Of a DNA stretch of 64,000 bases, positions 62,600 through 64,000 are shown one piece after another. The notes under the pieces are model-generated. The model saw nothing but the letters and a program-made list of their open reading frames with translations, was not told the origin of the DNA and did no database searches. How positions within the stretch are numbered: position 1 is the first letter of the stretch; the number at the start of each line of letters is the position of its first letter. Source of the DNA: Trichosphaerium sp. ATCC 40318 (Eukaryota > Protista > Tubulinea); NCBI GenBank assembly GCA_038496445.1, contig JALMLS010000334.1, forward strand, positions 124,001-188,000, read 5' to 3'. The position numbers and the translations under genes were made by a program.

Positions 62600-62769
62600 A
62601 TTCACGTGGTGGATCTATCAGTTTTTGGAAGAGTTGTCTAAAGTCTCTAATATTCAAGGACTATCCGAGCGTAGTACTAACCTAAGTAACAACATGGTGT
62701 GCGAAGTTTATGGCTAACGAAAGAAAGATATGAGTATGTACAATTCTTTTTTTTATTTCAATGTGTCAG

Positions 62770-64000
62770 CTACAAAGACCAAGATTTAGCACTTGCGTTT
62801 TTGTTTCTTCCTCTCCTTCCACGACCACCGCGTCCACCACGACCACCGCGACCACCACGACCACCGCCACGACCACCACGGCCGCCACGGCCGCCTCTTC
62901 CACCACGACTTCCGCCACGGCCTCCTCTACCACCGCGACCGCCTCTTGCGCGATTGGCACGACCGCGAGCGCTTCTTTCGTATCCTTGTCTTCCAATAGA
63001 AAATACACGCTCTTCTCTTTGAAATCTGTTCATCTTTTTGTGCTTATTGAGCTTTTGTTTCTTGCTTGGCTGAACCCATCCTGGGTTAGCATCAAGAGCT
63101 TGTTCAGCCAATAACATATCAGAATTAATCGTAGGTGCAAGAACATCAGGGTTTGCTTCTTCACGTTGACGTTTTTCTCTATGTCTGCGCCACTCTTCTT
63201 TCTTGGCGTTTTCAGCTTCTGATGGATCCTAGAAAACACAGGTGAGTATAAAATAAGGACATATAAAAGGTGAAGGTAGTGCCCTCATAGAATGTGAATA
63301 AAGAGATTGGTTTTATACAAAATAAAATCCAAGAAAAAAAAATGGGAGTTAGTTCGTACCATAACCGGTTTCCTGTTTGGAATATGCTCACGAGGTACAT
63401 AATCCTTATGGATATGCCACCCTTCAAGTCCATCATAATAACCAAAAAGTCGTACAGGTTTCTTATAGTTAATGGCATCCTTCAGTACACGTTTTGAAAT
63501 GTACTTATCAAACAACTAATAAAAAAAATCAGCGGGTGGACAACAAAAACACAAAGAATACGAACCTCATGGAAAGACATATCTTGCATCTCACTTAATG
63601 CGAAATCACGTGGTAGACTCTTATCAGATAGACCATGTGCAAATGTAGCCAAGAAAGGTACATAGTGGTTAGGAAGTGCTTGGATTTCCCAAAGCGATGA
63701 GGACTCAATACCACTTTCACTAAAGTTAGTACATTCAAAGTCATACGGATCTCCTTCAATCTCCTTGGATAGCATGAGCGGTCCAGAAGTTGCTAAAGAG
63801 GTATTGAGTTAAAGAAGCTCATAGACAGTACTGAAAGGTAAAATGAAGGATTATCGTACGTTTTGTGTTATGGACTAAGAACTGAGTGAAAGGGTGGATT
63901 TGTAAAATCTTATAAATGACAGCAACGATACCAACAATAGAAGGTGCTGATACGAATAACGCCTAAAAAAACTCTGTAAACTAATTGCTCTCCAACTACT
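62770..64000 (-). CDS. NOC4: Nucleolar complex protein 4 (Noc4/Utp19, CBF domain), 5'-partial, with a C-terminal RGG extension
   Basis: FIRFYKSTLSLSS...DPYDF...SSLWEIQALPNHY; splices on through LFDKY... into the RGG-rich last exon. Confidence 0.8.
62813..62970 (-). repeat. RGG/GAR-coding low-complexity repeat
   Basis: About 13 RGG units encoded with varied synonymous codons. Confidence 0.9.

Noticed and set aside
62699-63114. Pro/Arg-, Thr- and His-rich ORFs in alternative frames
   Set aside because: Shadow frames of the RGG-coding repeat
1-64000. CRISPR arrays, transposase/RT genes, tRNAs, alternative genetic code
   Set aside because: None seen; the RNase H is cellular H1 type, and apparent in-frame stops resolve as introns, with TAA, TAG and TGA all used as terminators

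Overview
AT-rich, gene-dense eukaryotic DNA with many short spliceosomal introns, read in the standard genetic code. It is probably from a free-living protist, plausibly an amoebozoan (inferred from the 5S sequence and gene content). I reconstructed about 28 protein-coding genes by hand-splicing, so exon boundaries are approximate. Housekeeping genes: NAA20, an SBDS-like factor, RNase H1, bL36m, NOC4, an M1 aminopeptidase, AGMO, a GNS-like sulfatase, a GMC oxidoreductase, a GH2 glucuronidase and two JmjC proteins. There are also several F-box/LRR/NHL accessory genes and some decayed gene relics. Highlights: (1) one continuous spliced ORF fusing a catalytically dead FAD6/DesA-type Delta12 desaturase domain to an intact Delta9 desaturase plus cytochrome b5; (2) an intact 5S rRNA gene inside an intron of a Bub1/Mad3-family gene whose kinase is a pseudokinase; (3) two unexplained structured, oligo-T-terminated ncRNA candidates sharing a loop motif; (4) bacterial-type modules in intron-containing genes (RlmM-like methyltransferase with a mitochondrial presequence, tandem Spy/CpxP-like protein, RTX-repeat secreted protein, DNRLRE-like membrane protein); (5) a secreted jacalin-aerolysin pore-forming toxin; (6) NOC4 with an RGG tail. 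Family assignments come from motif recognition, not database searches.
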